This document shows, piece by piece, positions 12,997-24,441 of a stretch of DNA of 64,000 nt. The DNA is from Nemertoderma westbladi (taxonomy: Eukaryota; Animalia; Xenacoelomorpha). The DNA lies in the NCBI GenBank assembly GCA_032718475.1, contig JAUCBJ010002094.1, forward strand, positions 1 to 64,000, written 5' to 3'. Below the pieces are notes generated by a model that saw nothing but the letters and a program-made list of their open reading frames with translations, made no database searches and was not told where the DNA came from. Every line of letters starts with the position of its first letter. Position 1 is the first letter of the stretch. Made by a program: the position numbers and the translations under genes.

Positions 12997-14980
12997 ACAA
13001 CAAAATTCAGAAGTGCCGAAATGACCTTCATAAGGCGCAGAAAGAGTCCCGACTCAAACAGACTACAGTGGCCAAGAATGCAGTTAAAGCTGCATCTAGG
13101 TCCCTGAACAGGCAGTACTCTGTTAATCTACAGGAGCTAATAAACCAACAGGTTGATGCCATCAATGATGCTGACGACAGCAGGCAATCATCCCAGGCAT
13201 GGAAATCGATCAATCTGCTTACTGGGCGGAAAAGCCAACCAACCACCAAGGTTAAGGCTGAATCACCAGCCGATCGCCTCAATGGTTGGAAAGCCCACTT
13301 TGAAAAGCTCCTCAATAATGACAGGGTATTGCCTGATAACTTTATAGAAGTAAAAGTGTCTGAGTCTGTACTCCCAGATATTCCCATTGGCGATATCTCC
13401 TTTGCAGAAGTGAAGGCTGCTGCAAAGAGCATTAAGACCAATCGTGCCAGTGGAGTAGATGGTGTTCCCCCTGAGGTCTTTAAAATACCTGAGTGTTTAA
13501 AGCTCATCTATCCCATCATAGTAGACATGTACCGTACAACAAGAGTCCCACAAGAAATGAAAACAAATAAGTTGGTGCCAGTTCCCAAGAAGGGCAACCT
13601 AACACTCTATGGTTCTTTTCGGGGAATCTCATTGATCTCGATTGCTGCAAAACTATACAATAGAATTCTATTAAATCGCATCAGGGATCCCATTGAGAGA
13701 CTGCTACGTGGAAATCAGAATGGGTTCCGTAAAGGTCGTGGGACCATGGAGCCCATTTTGGCACTTAGAAGGATAATTGAAGAGTTATCAAAAAAGAAAG
13801 ACAGGCATCTGGCTGTTATCTCTGTTGACTTCTTCAAGGCCTTTGATTCAGTCTCTCGCTCACGTATGTTCAGCATACTTTCATTATATGGGATTCCTGA
13901 TGAAATTATTGCAGCAATCAGATCAGTATACGATGGTTCGACAACATTTGTGTCTACTGTTGACGGTGACACAGAACCATTTGAAGTGTTATGGGGCGTC
14001 CTCCAAGGAGACACACTTGCACCATTCTTGTTCATTATTGTGGTTGACTATGTTCTACGCATGTCCTTAGATCATCATAATGATGATGGGGTGATGATAA
14101 CTCCACCTACTGGCTCCAGAAGTCGAGGAAATCCTGCCAAGTACCTAACTGATCTAGACTTTGCTGATGACTTAGGAGTACTCTCAGAATCATTAGAGGG
14201 AGCCCAGCGGCTCCTCAGCTCATTAGAACATGCTGCTTCTAGTGTTGGTCTTTTTATTAACTCCAGAAAGACCAAAATTCTGACAGTTAACTTTGAAAGT
14301 CCTCAGCAAGTCTCTGATCGGATGAGCATAAGCTCAAAGGATGGTATGCTTGTGCATGTGGACGACTTCTGTTACCTGGGATCATGGATCCGGAAGTCAG
14401 GTGAGGACCTTCGAATACGTAAGGGAAAGGCATGGGCAGCCTTGAATAGGCTTTCCAGGATTTGGAAGTCACCTAGAATTAATCGGAAACTTAAGGTCCG
14501 ATTATTTAGAGCAGCAGTAGTTCCAGTACTCCTCTACGGGAGTCCATGCTGGGCTCTAACTGCTGAGGACACCAAATCTCTGGATGGCACATTCACAAGA
14601 ATGCTACGCCGGGTACATTGTGTCAAGTACAATGCACACATCTCCAACCAGACACTATATAACATTGGAGGTGTCTCATTGGTTCCCCCAAGCTTGACAC
14701 TAGAACAAAATCGCCTCCGCTTTGCAGGACATTGCTTTCGCCGTGAGGACCAGCCAGTGCATAATCTTGTACTTTGGCAGCCTCATGGAGTGAATAAGCA
14801 TGGTGGACAGCCCATGACTTTCTTGAGACGCATCTTAAAGGACACTGGCCTTAAAGATGCGGATGATCTAGCAAATGTCATGGGTGATAGGGAGTTGTGG
14901 CGGTGCAATTTTGTTGACAAGCCGGCACAGCATTCTTAAAAATGCAGCTGCAATGCAGCATGCCGATCCTAGTAGTAGTA
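12997..14980 (+). mobile_element. 5'-truncated RTE-clade non-LTR retrotransposon nested antisense in the CR1/L2-group LINE
   Basis: Flanked by the 11-bp direct repeat GTAATATACGG (12986-12996 and 14981-14991). It has an RT ORF, a very short 3' UTR and a (TAG)n microsatellite tail at ~14970-14980, as is typical of RTE elements. GC content is higher than in the host LINE. Confidence 0.92.
12999..14939 (+). CDS. RTE-type reverse transcriptase ORF, N-terminally truncated (endonuclease lost)
   Basis: The frame is open from the element's first bases (NKIQKCRND...) through the tracked ORF 13068-14939. Motifs: PKKG, RGISL, QNGFRKGRGT, VDFFKAFDSV, GVLQGDTLAPFLF, LDFADDL, FCYLGS, LLYG, RLRFAGH. No internal stops. 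Confidence 0.92.
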   Translation, partial: NKIQKCRNDLHKAQKESRLKQTTVAKNAVKAASRSLNRQYSVNLQELINQQVDAINDADDSRQSSQAWKSINLLTGRKSQPTTKVKAESPADRLNGWKAHFEKLLNNDRVLPDNFIEVKVSESVLPDIPIGDISFAEVKAAAKSIKTNRASGVDGVPPEVFKIPECLKLIYPIIVDMYRTTRVPQEMKTNKLVPVPKKGNLTLYGSFRGISLISIAAKLYNRILLNRIRDPIERLLRGNQNGFRKGRGTMEPILALRRIIEELSKKKDRHLAVISVDFFKAFDSVSRSRMFSILSLYGIPDEIIAAIRSVYDGSTTFVSTVDGDTEPFEVLWGVLQGDTLAPFLFIIVVDYVLRMSLDHHNDDGVMITPPTGSRSRGNPAKYLTDLDFADDLGVLSESLEGAQRLLSSLEHAASSVGLFINSRKTKILTVNFESPQQVSDRMSISSKDGMLVHVDDFCYLGSWIRKSGEDLRIRKGKAWAALNRLSRIWKSPRINRKLKVRLFRAAVVPVLLYGSPCWALTAEDTKSLDGTFTRMLRRVHCVKYNAHISNQTLYNIGGVSLVPPSLTLEQNRLRFAGHCFRREDQPVHNLVLWQPHGVNKHGGQPMTFLRRILKDTGLKDADDLANVMGDRELWRCNFVDKPAQHS

Positions 14981-17628
14981 GTAATATACGGTGCAATTAG
15001 TTTTATTAATTTTGGACTTAATATTGACGGACCAGTTGGTTTATTTGTGTTTATTTTAGATATTATTTCAAATATTTCTAATTCGGTTACGTTCTTAAAG
15101 CTGTAACTAGAGTGAACAGTACAATGTCTTTTTATATAGCCAGTGCTTTGAAAGTTACCCAGATTTAGATATGTGTCATTAAGTAGGTTCGCCATTGGTA
15201 ATATGTTATAAATAATAGAGCCTGTTGCGTGATTAATTAAGGACGATATAGTTTGCTCGGTTTTTTTATTATTATTAGTGATTTTATTTAATATTGCCCA
15301 TTTGTCTTTTATTGCAGTTGCATCAATTAGTTTTGATTTTATATATTTATTCTTTAGGTTTTTATTTAGTGAGTTAAATTTATTTCGAATTGTTTTATAG
15401 TCTGCAAAGTCACTTTCACTTTTTGAATGTCTCCACCTGATTAATTTTTGCTGTTTTTCAATATTTTGGGATGATAGTTCTGAGTTCCACCATAGTGATA
15501 TGTTGTGCAAGTTGCTTTTGATATTATTGCTAGATCGTATGCATTTAGTTTTAATTGGTGCATGCTTATCATATATTTCATTTAATTTATTTTCGAAGTT
15601 GTCATAAACGTAATCTACATTGCTTGTAAAATAATTATTCGTCCAGTCAATTTTACTAATTTCATTAAGAAAATCAGATTCATTGAAATGTGATAGATCG
15701 CGGAATTTAACTGTAGACTATACTGGTTTCGTGTTTTGTGGTGGTTGTGAAATTACTTGTTTGGATTTCAGTACTATAAATTCGTGATCGGAAAATTCAG
15801 CCGGAAATGTATTGCATTCAATATAGTTATCTGTATTATTTGAGATGGTTATGAACATGTCTATAAGAGAGCTGGTTTTTGCTTTATATCTAGTGGGGTG
15901 CTCGGTATTTAGGATTTGTAAGTTGTATGTCGTTAGTATTTCCAGGAATTGCTTGTTTTTATAATATGCAGAGTTATTTTTTGATTGGGGGTCATATGTG
16001 GATTGAATATTAACATTGAAATCACCCATTAGAAGGACATTTTGAGATGCATTGGTAGCATTCTCCATTTCCTCGGCCAGGTCATCCCAAATATTATTAG
16101 CATGTGGTGGTATGTAGAATACACCTACTAGAGTATCGCCTATATTGATCCACAATGAGTCATATTTTTTATTTTCTTTCTTATAATTGCTTGTATTGCT
16201 TTTATTATTATTCGTTGTAGTGCTATTGTTCCCTAATTTAATATCCCCCCTTGTATTGTATTTAATGCCACTAGGTATGTAAAATAAGACACCTCCCCCT
16301 TTCTTCTTTCTCCTATCCTGCCTTTCAATGTTGTAACCTGATAATTGTATTGATTTTGATGATATGCGGCGTTTCAACCATGTTTCCGATATACTGATTA
16401 TTGTGTTAGTCGTTATTTTGGGATCAGTTTGAAGAAGGTCTTTAATATCATTGTAGTGTTTCACGTGACTTAAAGCGTTAATATGAATAAATTTTAGTTC
16501 GTTTGGATTATTGACTAGATACTGGCGTAATTGGTACATGTTGCTCCATAACGGCCCTTGAGGCAATATTGCAGGCCCTGGATTTGGGTGAACGTCACCA
16601 CATTTTAGTAACATAATGTTAATTGTTAGGCTAATTATAATTAGTGTGTCGATGCCGGAGGTTATATATAAGTATGCAATGTACAGTATCAGTTTGGTTG
16701 CCTGAGTTGCATTAATATATGCTCTATGCGTTCTGTATGTTTTGTATATTTTTTTTTAAATTTGATATGTGAGTGATCCCTTAGAATTGTTTGAATATGT
16801 CAATGAATTCCACCACACTGCGTTATACATAATAGCAAGAGTTAAATTAAAATTGTTTGAAAGTGCTGGCCTAGTATTATTACAGGAAACAAAAAGGGAT
16901 ATTGAAATTATTAAAAAAGGCAAAGCTAGAAAAAATATGAAAATATATTTCTGAATGAATAACTCGAGAGATTGATATGTTGAAATCTTGCTATACAATG
17001 ATATTATTAGAAGTAAAGTATAACCACTGGAACAGGTGATATTGAATTTAAGATTTTGTCTTCGTGAAGTTTTATTTTGATGTAAGCATAAGGGTAGTCT
17101 ATTATACTTATTCTGTCTTTGTCGTCTGCTGAGGAGGTTCAGTCGGGGTTGGGGGGCTGTAGTTGTTTTGCTGCGCAAAAAATGACTGTCACATATTTGT
17201 TTTACCAATATGCATAAACATAGACACAACCCACTGAGCATGGCCTTGGCTATTCCATGCATATGTTAAACAATATTGTTCAAATAAAAATATATTAAAT
17301 AGAAGCATTTCATTAATGAATAAATTGCACAATTTATTAGGACTAGTGAATTGCGTGTGAAAAAATACATTATCGTGCTCAGCCCGCTGAACTTTGACAT
17401 AACTACGATATATATGATATATAGGCTTAGTAATATATTGAACATAAAAACCCTGTAAATATTATATATATTCGATCGGAAGTTAAAACCCAAATGGGTA
17501 TTACGCAAAGAATTTGCCTTCAGAGTTAAGCATAATTTGAAATACAGTAGGGCTAACGATACAAACCAGATAAAATCAAGTAGAAGGTACTTGAATGTTA
17601 TTAGTGCGAATAAAAAAAAAAGTGGTAC
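14981..17628 (-). pseudogene. Long ORF of the CR1/L2-group LINE: hydrophobic leader, 2A-like motif, APE endonuclease and linker, with three in-frame stops
   Basis: Tracked ORFs 17266-17508, 16756-17262, 15718-16614 and the LINE part of 14878-15510 share one frame (start offsets 246, 648 and 1104, all multiples of 3). They are separated by single stops at 17266, 16756 and 15718. Confidence 0.8.
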
Positions 17629-17746
17629 TCATTAGTTTGGACCTAATATTTACCCCTGTATATCATCTGGATTTATAACTTGCAGTAGGTCTATTAGAGC
17701 CGATATCATACCTCGTTTCTTTGCGAGCGGATCAATCTGTACGATC

Positions 17747-20700
17747 ATGTTCATGAAATAGCTGAGATATTTGAGGTGAATTATTGTATTATGAGACAAC
17801 TTCAGCTCTAGTCACTTTGGCAATACGATGAAACTATAAAAAATATTCTAGAACACAACAATATTAATAGGGAGATAGGATACTTATCTCTCCACTCAGA
17901 AAGCCACAGATAGGGGGTGTTCCAACACAATCAAAATTCATCCATCTCCAGCGGAAAGACGTAGCAAATAACAGCTGATTACTTCTATAAATGTAAGTGT
18001 TACCTGTTCTTTTGACTTTCATTTAAGATTCTCTATCTCGTGGAGTGGGTTAGAAGATATAAATAAGAAAATCGATGTGGTTTTTGAAAAAAATCAGAGG
18101 ATATTTTGATAAATTATTGCAGAAAAACACCAATGATTTTGACATGGCTTTAATACTTCATTATGTTCATGAAATAGCTGAGATATTTGAGGTAAATTAT
18201 TGTATTATGAGTTAACTTCAGCTCTAGTCACTTTGGCAATACGATGAAACTATAAAAAATATTCTAGAACACAACAATATTAATAGGGAGATAGGATACT
18301 TATCTCTCCACTCAGAAAGCCACAGATAGGGGGTGTTCCAACGCAATCAAAATTCATCCATCCCCAGCGGAAAGACGTAGCAAATAACAGCTGATTACTT
18401 CTATAAATGTAAGTGTTACCTGTTCTTTTGACGTTCATTTAAGATTCTCTATCTCGTGGAGTGGGATAGAAGTTATAAATATGAAAATTGATATGGTTTT
18501 TGAAAAAAATCAGAGGATATTTTGATAAATTATTGCAGAAAAATACCAAGGATTTTGACATGGATTTAATACTTCATTATGTTCATGAAATAGCTGAGAT
18601 ATTTGAGGTGAATTATTGCATTACATAATAACTTTAGCTCCAGCCACTTTAGCAATGCGATGAAACTATAATAAATATTCTAGAACATAACAATATTAAT
18701 AGGGAGATAGGCTACTTATCTCTCAACTCATACAACCACAGATAGGGGGTTTTCTGACACAATCAAAATTCATTCATCTTCAGCGGAAAGACGTAGCAAA
18801 TAACAGCTGATTACTTCTATAAATGTAAGTGTTACCTGTTCTTTTGACTTTCATTTAAGATACTTTATCTCGTTGAGTGGGATAGAAGTTATAAATATTA
18901 AAATCGATATGGTTTTTGAAAAAAATCAGAGGATATTTTGATAAATTATTGCAGAAAAATACCAAGGAATTTGACATGGATTTAATACTTCATTATGTTC
19001 ATGAAATAGCTGAGATATTTGAGGCGAATTATTGTATTATGAGTCAACTTCAGCTCTAGTCACTTTGGCAATACGATGAAACTATAATAAATATTCTAGA
19101 ACACAACAATATTAAACAGGGAGATAGGCTACTTATCTCTCCTCTCAGACAGCCACAGATAGGGGGTGTTCCAACGCAATCAAAATTCATCCATCTCCAG
19201 CGGAAAGACGTAGCAAATAACAGCTGATTACTGCTATAAATGTAAGTGTTACCTGTTCTTTTGACGTTCATTTAAGATTCTCTATCTCGTGGAGTGGGAT
19301 AGAAGTTATAAATAAGAAAATCGATGTGGTTTTTGAAAAAAATCAGAGGATATTTTGATAAATTATTGCAGAAAAACACCAATGATTTTGACATGGATTT
19401 AATACTTCATTATGTTCATGAAATAGCTGAGATATTTGAGGTGAATAATTGTATTATGAGTTAACTTCAGCTCTAGTCACTTTGGCAATACGATGAAACT
19501 ATAAAAAATATTCTAGAACACAACAATATTAATAGGGAGATAGGATAATTATCTCTCCACTCAGAAAGCCACAGATAGGGGGTGTTCCAACGCAATCAAA
19601 ATTCATCCATCTCCAGCGGAAATACGTAGCAAATAACAGCTGATTACTGCTATAAATGTAAGTGTTACCTGTTCTTTTGACGTTCATTTAAGATTCTCTA
19701 GCTCGTGGAGTGGGATAGAAGTTATAAATAAGAAAATCGATGTGGTTTTTGAAAAAAATCAGAGGATATTTTGATAAATTATTGCAGAAAAATACCAAGG
19801 ATTTTGACATGGATTTAATACTTCATTATGTTCATGAAATAGCTGAGATATTTGAGGTGAATTATTGCATTACATAATAACTTTAGCTCCAGCCACTTTA
19901 GCAATGCGATGAAACTATAATAAATATTCTAGAACATAACAATATTAATAGGGAGATAGGCTACTTATCTCTCAACTCATACAACCACAGATAGGGGGTT
20001 TTCTGACACAATCAAAATTCATTCATCTTCAGCGGAAAGACGTAGCAAATAACAGCTGATTACTTCTATAAATGTAAGTGTTACCTGTTCTTTTGACTTT
20101 CATTTAAGATACTTTATCTCGTTGAGTGGGATAGAAGTTATAAATATTAAAATCGATATGGTTTTTGAAAAAAATCAGAGGATATTTTGATAAATTATTG
20201 CAGAAAAATACCAAGGAATTTGACATGGATTTAATACTTCATTATGTTCATGAAATAGCTGAGATATTTGAGGCGAATTATTGTATTATGAGTCAACTTC
20301 AGCTCTAGTCACTTTGGCAATACGATGAAACTATAATAAATATTCTAGAACACAACAATATTAAACAGGGAGATAGGCTACTTATCTCTCCTCTCAGACA
20401 GCCACAGATAGGGGGTGTTCCAACGCAATCAAAATTCATCCATCTCCAGCGGAAATACGTAGCAAATAACAGCTGATTACTGCTATAAATGTAAGTGTTA
20501 CCTGTTCTTTTGACGTTCATTTAAGATTCTCTAGCTCGTGGAGTGGGATAGAAGTTATAAATAAGAAAATCGATGTGGTTTTTGAAAAAAATCAGAGGAT
20601 ATTTTGATAAATTATTGCAGAAAAACACCAATGATTTTGACATGGCTTTAATACTTCATTATGTTCATGAAATAGCTGAGATATTTGAGGTGAATTATTG

Positions 20701-23700
20701 TATTATGAGTTAGCTTCAGCTCTAGTCACTTTGGCAACACGATGAAACTATGAAAAATATTCTAGAACACAACAATATTAATAGGGAGATAGGATACTTA
20801 TCTCTCCACTCAGAAAGCCACAGATAGGGGGTGTTCCAACGCAATCAAAATTCATCCATCTCCAGCGGAAAGACGTAGCAAATAACAGCTGATTACTTCT
20901 ATAAATGTAAGTGTTACCTGTTCTTTTGACGTTCATTTAAGATTCTCTATCTCGTGGAGTGGGATAGAAGTTATACATATGAAAATTGATATGGTTTTTT
21001 AAAAAAATCAGAGGATATTTTGATAAATTATTGCAGAAAAACACCAATGATTTTGACATGGCTTTAATACTTCATTATGTTCATGAAATAGCTGAGATAT
21101 TTGAGGTGAATTATTGTATTATGAGTTAACTTCAGCTCTAGTCACTTTGGCAATACGATGAAACTATAAAAAATATTCTAGAACACAACAATATTAATAG
21201 GGAGATAGGATACTTATCTCTCCACTCAGAAAGCCACAGATAGGGGGTGTTCCAACGCAATCAAAATTAATCCATCTCCAGCGGAAAGACGTAGCAAATA
21301 ACAGCTGATTACTGCTATAAATGTAAGTGTTACCTGTTCTTTTGACTTTCATTTAAGATTCTCTATCTCGTGGAGTGGGATAGAAGTTATAAATATGAAA
21401 ATCGATATGGTTTTTGTAAAAAATCAGAGGATATTTTGATAAATTATTGCAGAAAAACACCAAGGATTTTGACATGGCTTTAATACTTCATTATGTTCAT
21501 GAAATAGCTGAGATATTTGAGGTGAATTATTGCATTACATAATAACTTTAGCTCCAGCCACTTTAGCAATACGATGAAACTATAATAAATATTCTAGAAC
21601 ACAACAATATTAATAGGGAGATAGGCTACTTATTTCTCAACTCAGACAGCCACAGATAGGGGGTGTTCTGACACAATCAAAATTCATCCATCTCCAGCGG
21701 AAAGACGTTGCAAATAACAGCTGATTACTTCTATAAATGTAAGTGTTACCTGTTCTTTTGACTTTCATTTAAGATTCTTTATCTCGTGGAGTGGAATGGG
21801 AATTGATATGGTTTTTTAAAAAAATCAGAGGATATTTTGATAAATTATTGCAGAAAAATACCAAGGATTTTGACATGGATTTAATACTTCATTATGTTCA
21901 TGAAATAGCTGATTTATTTGAGGTGAATTATTGCATTACATAATAACTTTAGCTCCAGCCACTTTCGCAATGCGATGAAACTATAATAAATATTCTAGAA
22001 CACAACAATATTAATAGGGAGATAGGCTACTTATCTCTCAACTCAGACAGTCACAGATAGGGGTGTTCTGACACAATCAAAATTCATCCATCTCCAGCGG
22101 AAAGACGAAGCAAATAACAGCTGATTACTTCTATAAATGTAAGTGTTACCTGTTCTTTTGACTTTCATTTAAGATACTTTATCTCATTGAGTGGGATAGA
22201 AGTTATAAATATGAAAATTGATATGGTTTTTGAAAAAAATCAGAGGATATTTTGATAAATTATTGCAGAAAAATACCAAGGAATTTGACATGGATTTAAT
22301 ACTTCATTATGTTCATGAAATAGCTGAGATATTTGAGGTGAATTATTGTATTATGAGTCAACTTCAGCTCTAGTCACTTTGGCAATACGATGAAACTATA
22401 ATAAATATTCTAGAACACAACAATATTAACAGGGAGATAGGCTATTTTTCTCTCCTCTCAGACAGCCACAGATAGGGGGTGTTCCAACGCAATCAAAATT
22501 CATCCATCTCCAGCGGAAAGACGTAGCAAATAACAGCTGATTACTGCTATAAATGTAAGTGTTGCCTGTTCTTTTGACGTTCATTTAAGATTCTCTAGCT
22601 CGTGGAGTGGGATAGAAGTTATAAATAAGAAAATCGATGTGGTTTTTGAAAAAAATCAGAGGATATTTTGATAAATTATTGCAGAAAAACACCAATGATT
22701 TTGACATGGCTTTAATACTTCATTATGTTCATGAAATAGCTGAGATATTTGAGGTGAATTATTGTATTATGAGTTAACTTCAGCTCTAGTCACTTTGGCA
22801 ATACGATGAAACTATAAAAAATATTCTAGAACACAACAATATTAATAGGGAGATAGGATACTTATCTCTCCACTCAGAAAGCCACAGATAGGGGGAGTTC
22901 CAACGCAATCAAAATTCATCTATCTCCAGCGGAAAGACGTAGCAAATAACAGCTGATTACTGCTATAAATGTAAGTGTTACCTGTTCATTTGACGTTCAT
23001 TTAAGATTCTCTATCTCGTGGAGTGGGATAGAAGTTATAAATATGAAAATTGATATGGTTTTTGAAAAAAATCAGAGGATATTTTGATAAATTATTGCAG
23101 AAAAATACCAAGGATTTTGACATGGATTTAATACTTCATTATGTTCATGAAATAGCTGAGATATTTGAGGTGAATTATTGTATTATGAGTTAACTTCAGC
23201 TCTAGTCACTTTGGCAATACGATGAAACTATAAAAAATATTCTAGAACACAACAATATTAATAGGGAGATAGGATACTTATCTCTCCACTCAGAAAGCCA
23301 CAGATAGGGGGTGTTCCAACGCAATCAAAATTAATCCATCTCCAGCGGAATGACGAAGCAAATAACAGCTGATTACTGCTATAAATGTAAGTGTTACCTG
23401 TTCTTTTGACGTTCATTTAAGATTCTCTATCTCGTGGAGTGGGATAGAAGTTATAAATATGAAAATCGATATGGTTTTTGTAAAAAATCAGAGGATATTT
23501 TGATAAATTATTGCAGAAAAACACCAAGGATTTTGACATGGCTTTAATACTTCATTATGTTCATGAAATAGCTGAGATATTTGAGGTGAATTATTGCATT
23601 ACATAATAACTTTAGCTCCAGCCACTTTAGCAATACGATGAAACTATAATAAATATTCTAGAACACAACAATATTAACAGGGAGATAGGCTACTTATCTC

Positions 23701-24441
23701 TCCTCTCAGACAGCCACAGATAGGGGGTGTTCCAACGCAATCAAAATTCATCCATCTCCAGCGGCAAGACGTAGCAAATAACAGCTGATTACTGCTATAA
23801 ATGTAAGTGTTACCTGTTCTTTTGACGTTCATTTAAGATTCTCTATCTCGTGGAGTGGGATAGAAGTTATAAATATGGAAATTGATATGGTTTTTGAAAA
23901 AAATCAGAGGATATTTTGATAAATTATTGCAGAAAAATACCAAGGATTTTGACATGGATTTAATACTTCATAATGTTCATGAAATAGCTGAGATATTTGA
24001 GGTGAATTATTGTATTATGAGTCAACTTCAGCTCTAGTCACTTTGGCAATACGATGAAACTATAATAAATATTCTAGAACACAACAATATTAACAGAGAG
24101 ATAGGCTACTTATCTCTCCACTCAGACAGCCATAGATAGGGGGTGTTCCAACGCAATCAAAATTCATCCATCTCCAGCGGAAAGACGTAGCAAATAACAG
24201 CTGATTACTGCTATAAATGTAAGTGTTACCTGTTCTTTTGACGTTCATTTAAGATTCTCTATCTCGTGGAGTGGGATAGAAGTTATAAATAAGAAAATCG
24301 ATGTGGTTTTTGAAAAAAATCAGAGGATATTTTGATAAATTATTGCAGAAAAACACCAATGATTTTGACATGGCTTTAATACTTCATTATGTTCATGAAA
24401 TAGCTGAGATATTTGAGGTGAATTATTGTATTATGAGTTAA
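17747..24441 (-). repeat. 416-bp satellite array, inverted arm, segment 1
   Basis: Reverse complement of the left-arm monomer, starting at ATGTTCATGAAATAGCTGAG (17747), with a 416-bp period. Confidence 0.97.

Larger units (their letters stand above)
12524..17746 (-). mobile_element. Decayed CR1/L2-group (APE-type) non-LTR retrotransposon, broken within the RT at its 3' end and interrupted by a nested RTE element
   Basis: One minus-strand frame gives APE motifs (ISETWL, GGGV, YIPP, MGDFN, SLID, SDH), a CR1/L2-like linker (DKHAPIKTK, WWNSEL) and, beyond the nested insert, RT motifs (PVFKKG, NYRPISV, QFGFRKG, LDLSKAF). No YADD region or 3' tail is present, and no TSD is seen. Confidence 0.88.

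Noticed and set aside
12617-14472. ORFs 12617-12811, 13028-13507, 13715-14035 and similar
   Set aside because: Shadows of the two RT coding regions.
14878-14980. C-terminal tail TTTRIGMLHC... of ORF 14878-15510
   Set aside because: Read-through into the antisense 3' end of the nested RTE element, not part of the host LINE protein.
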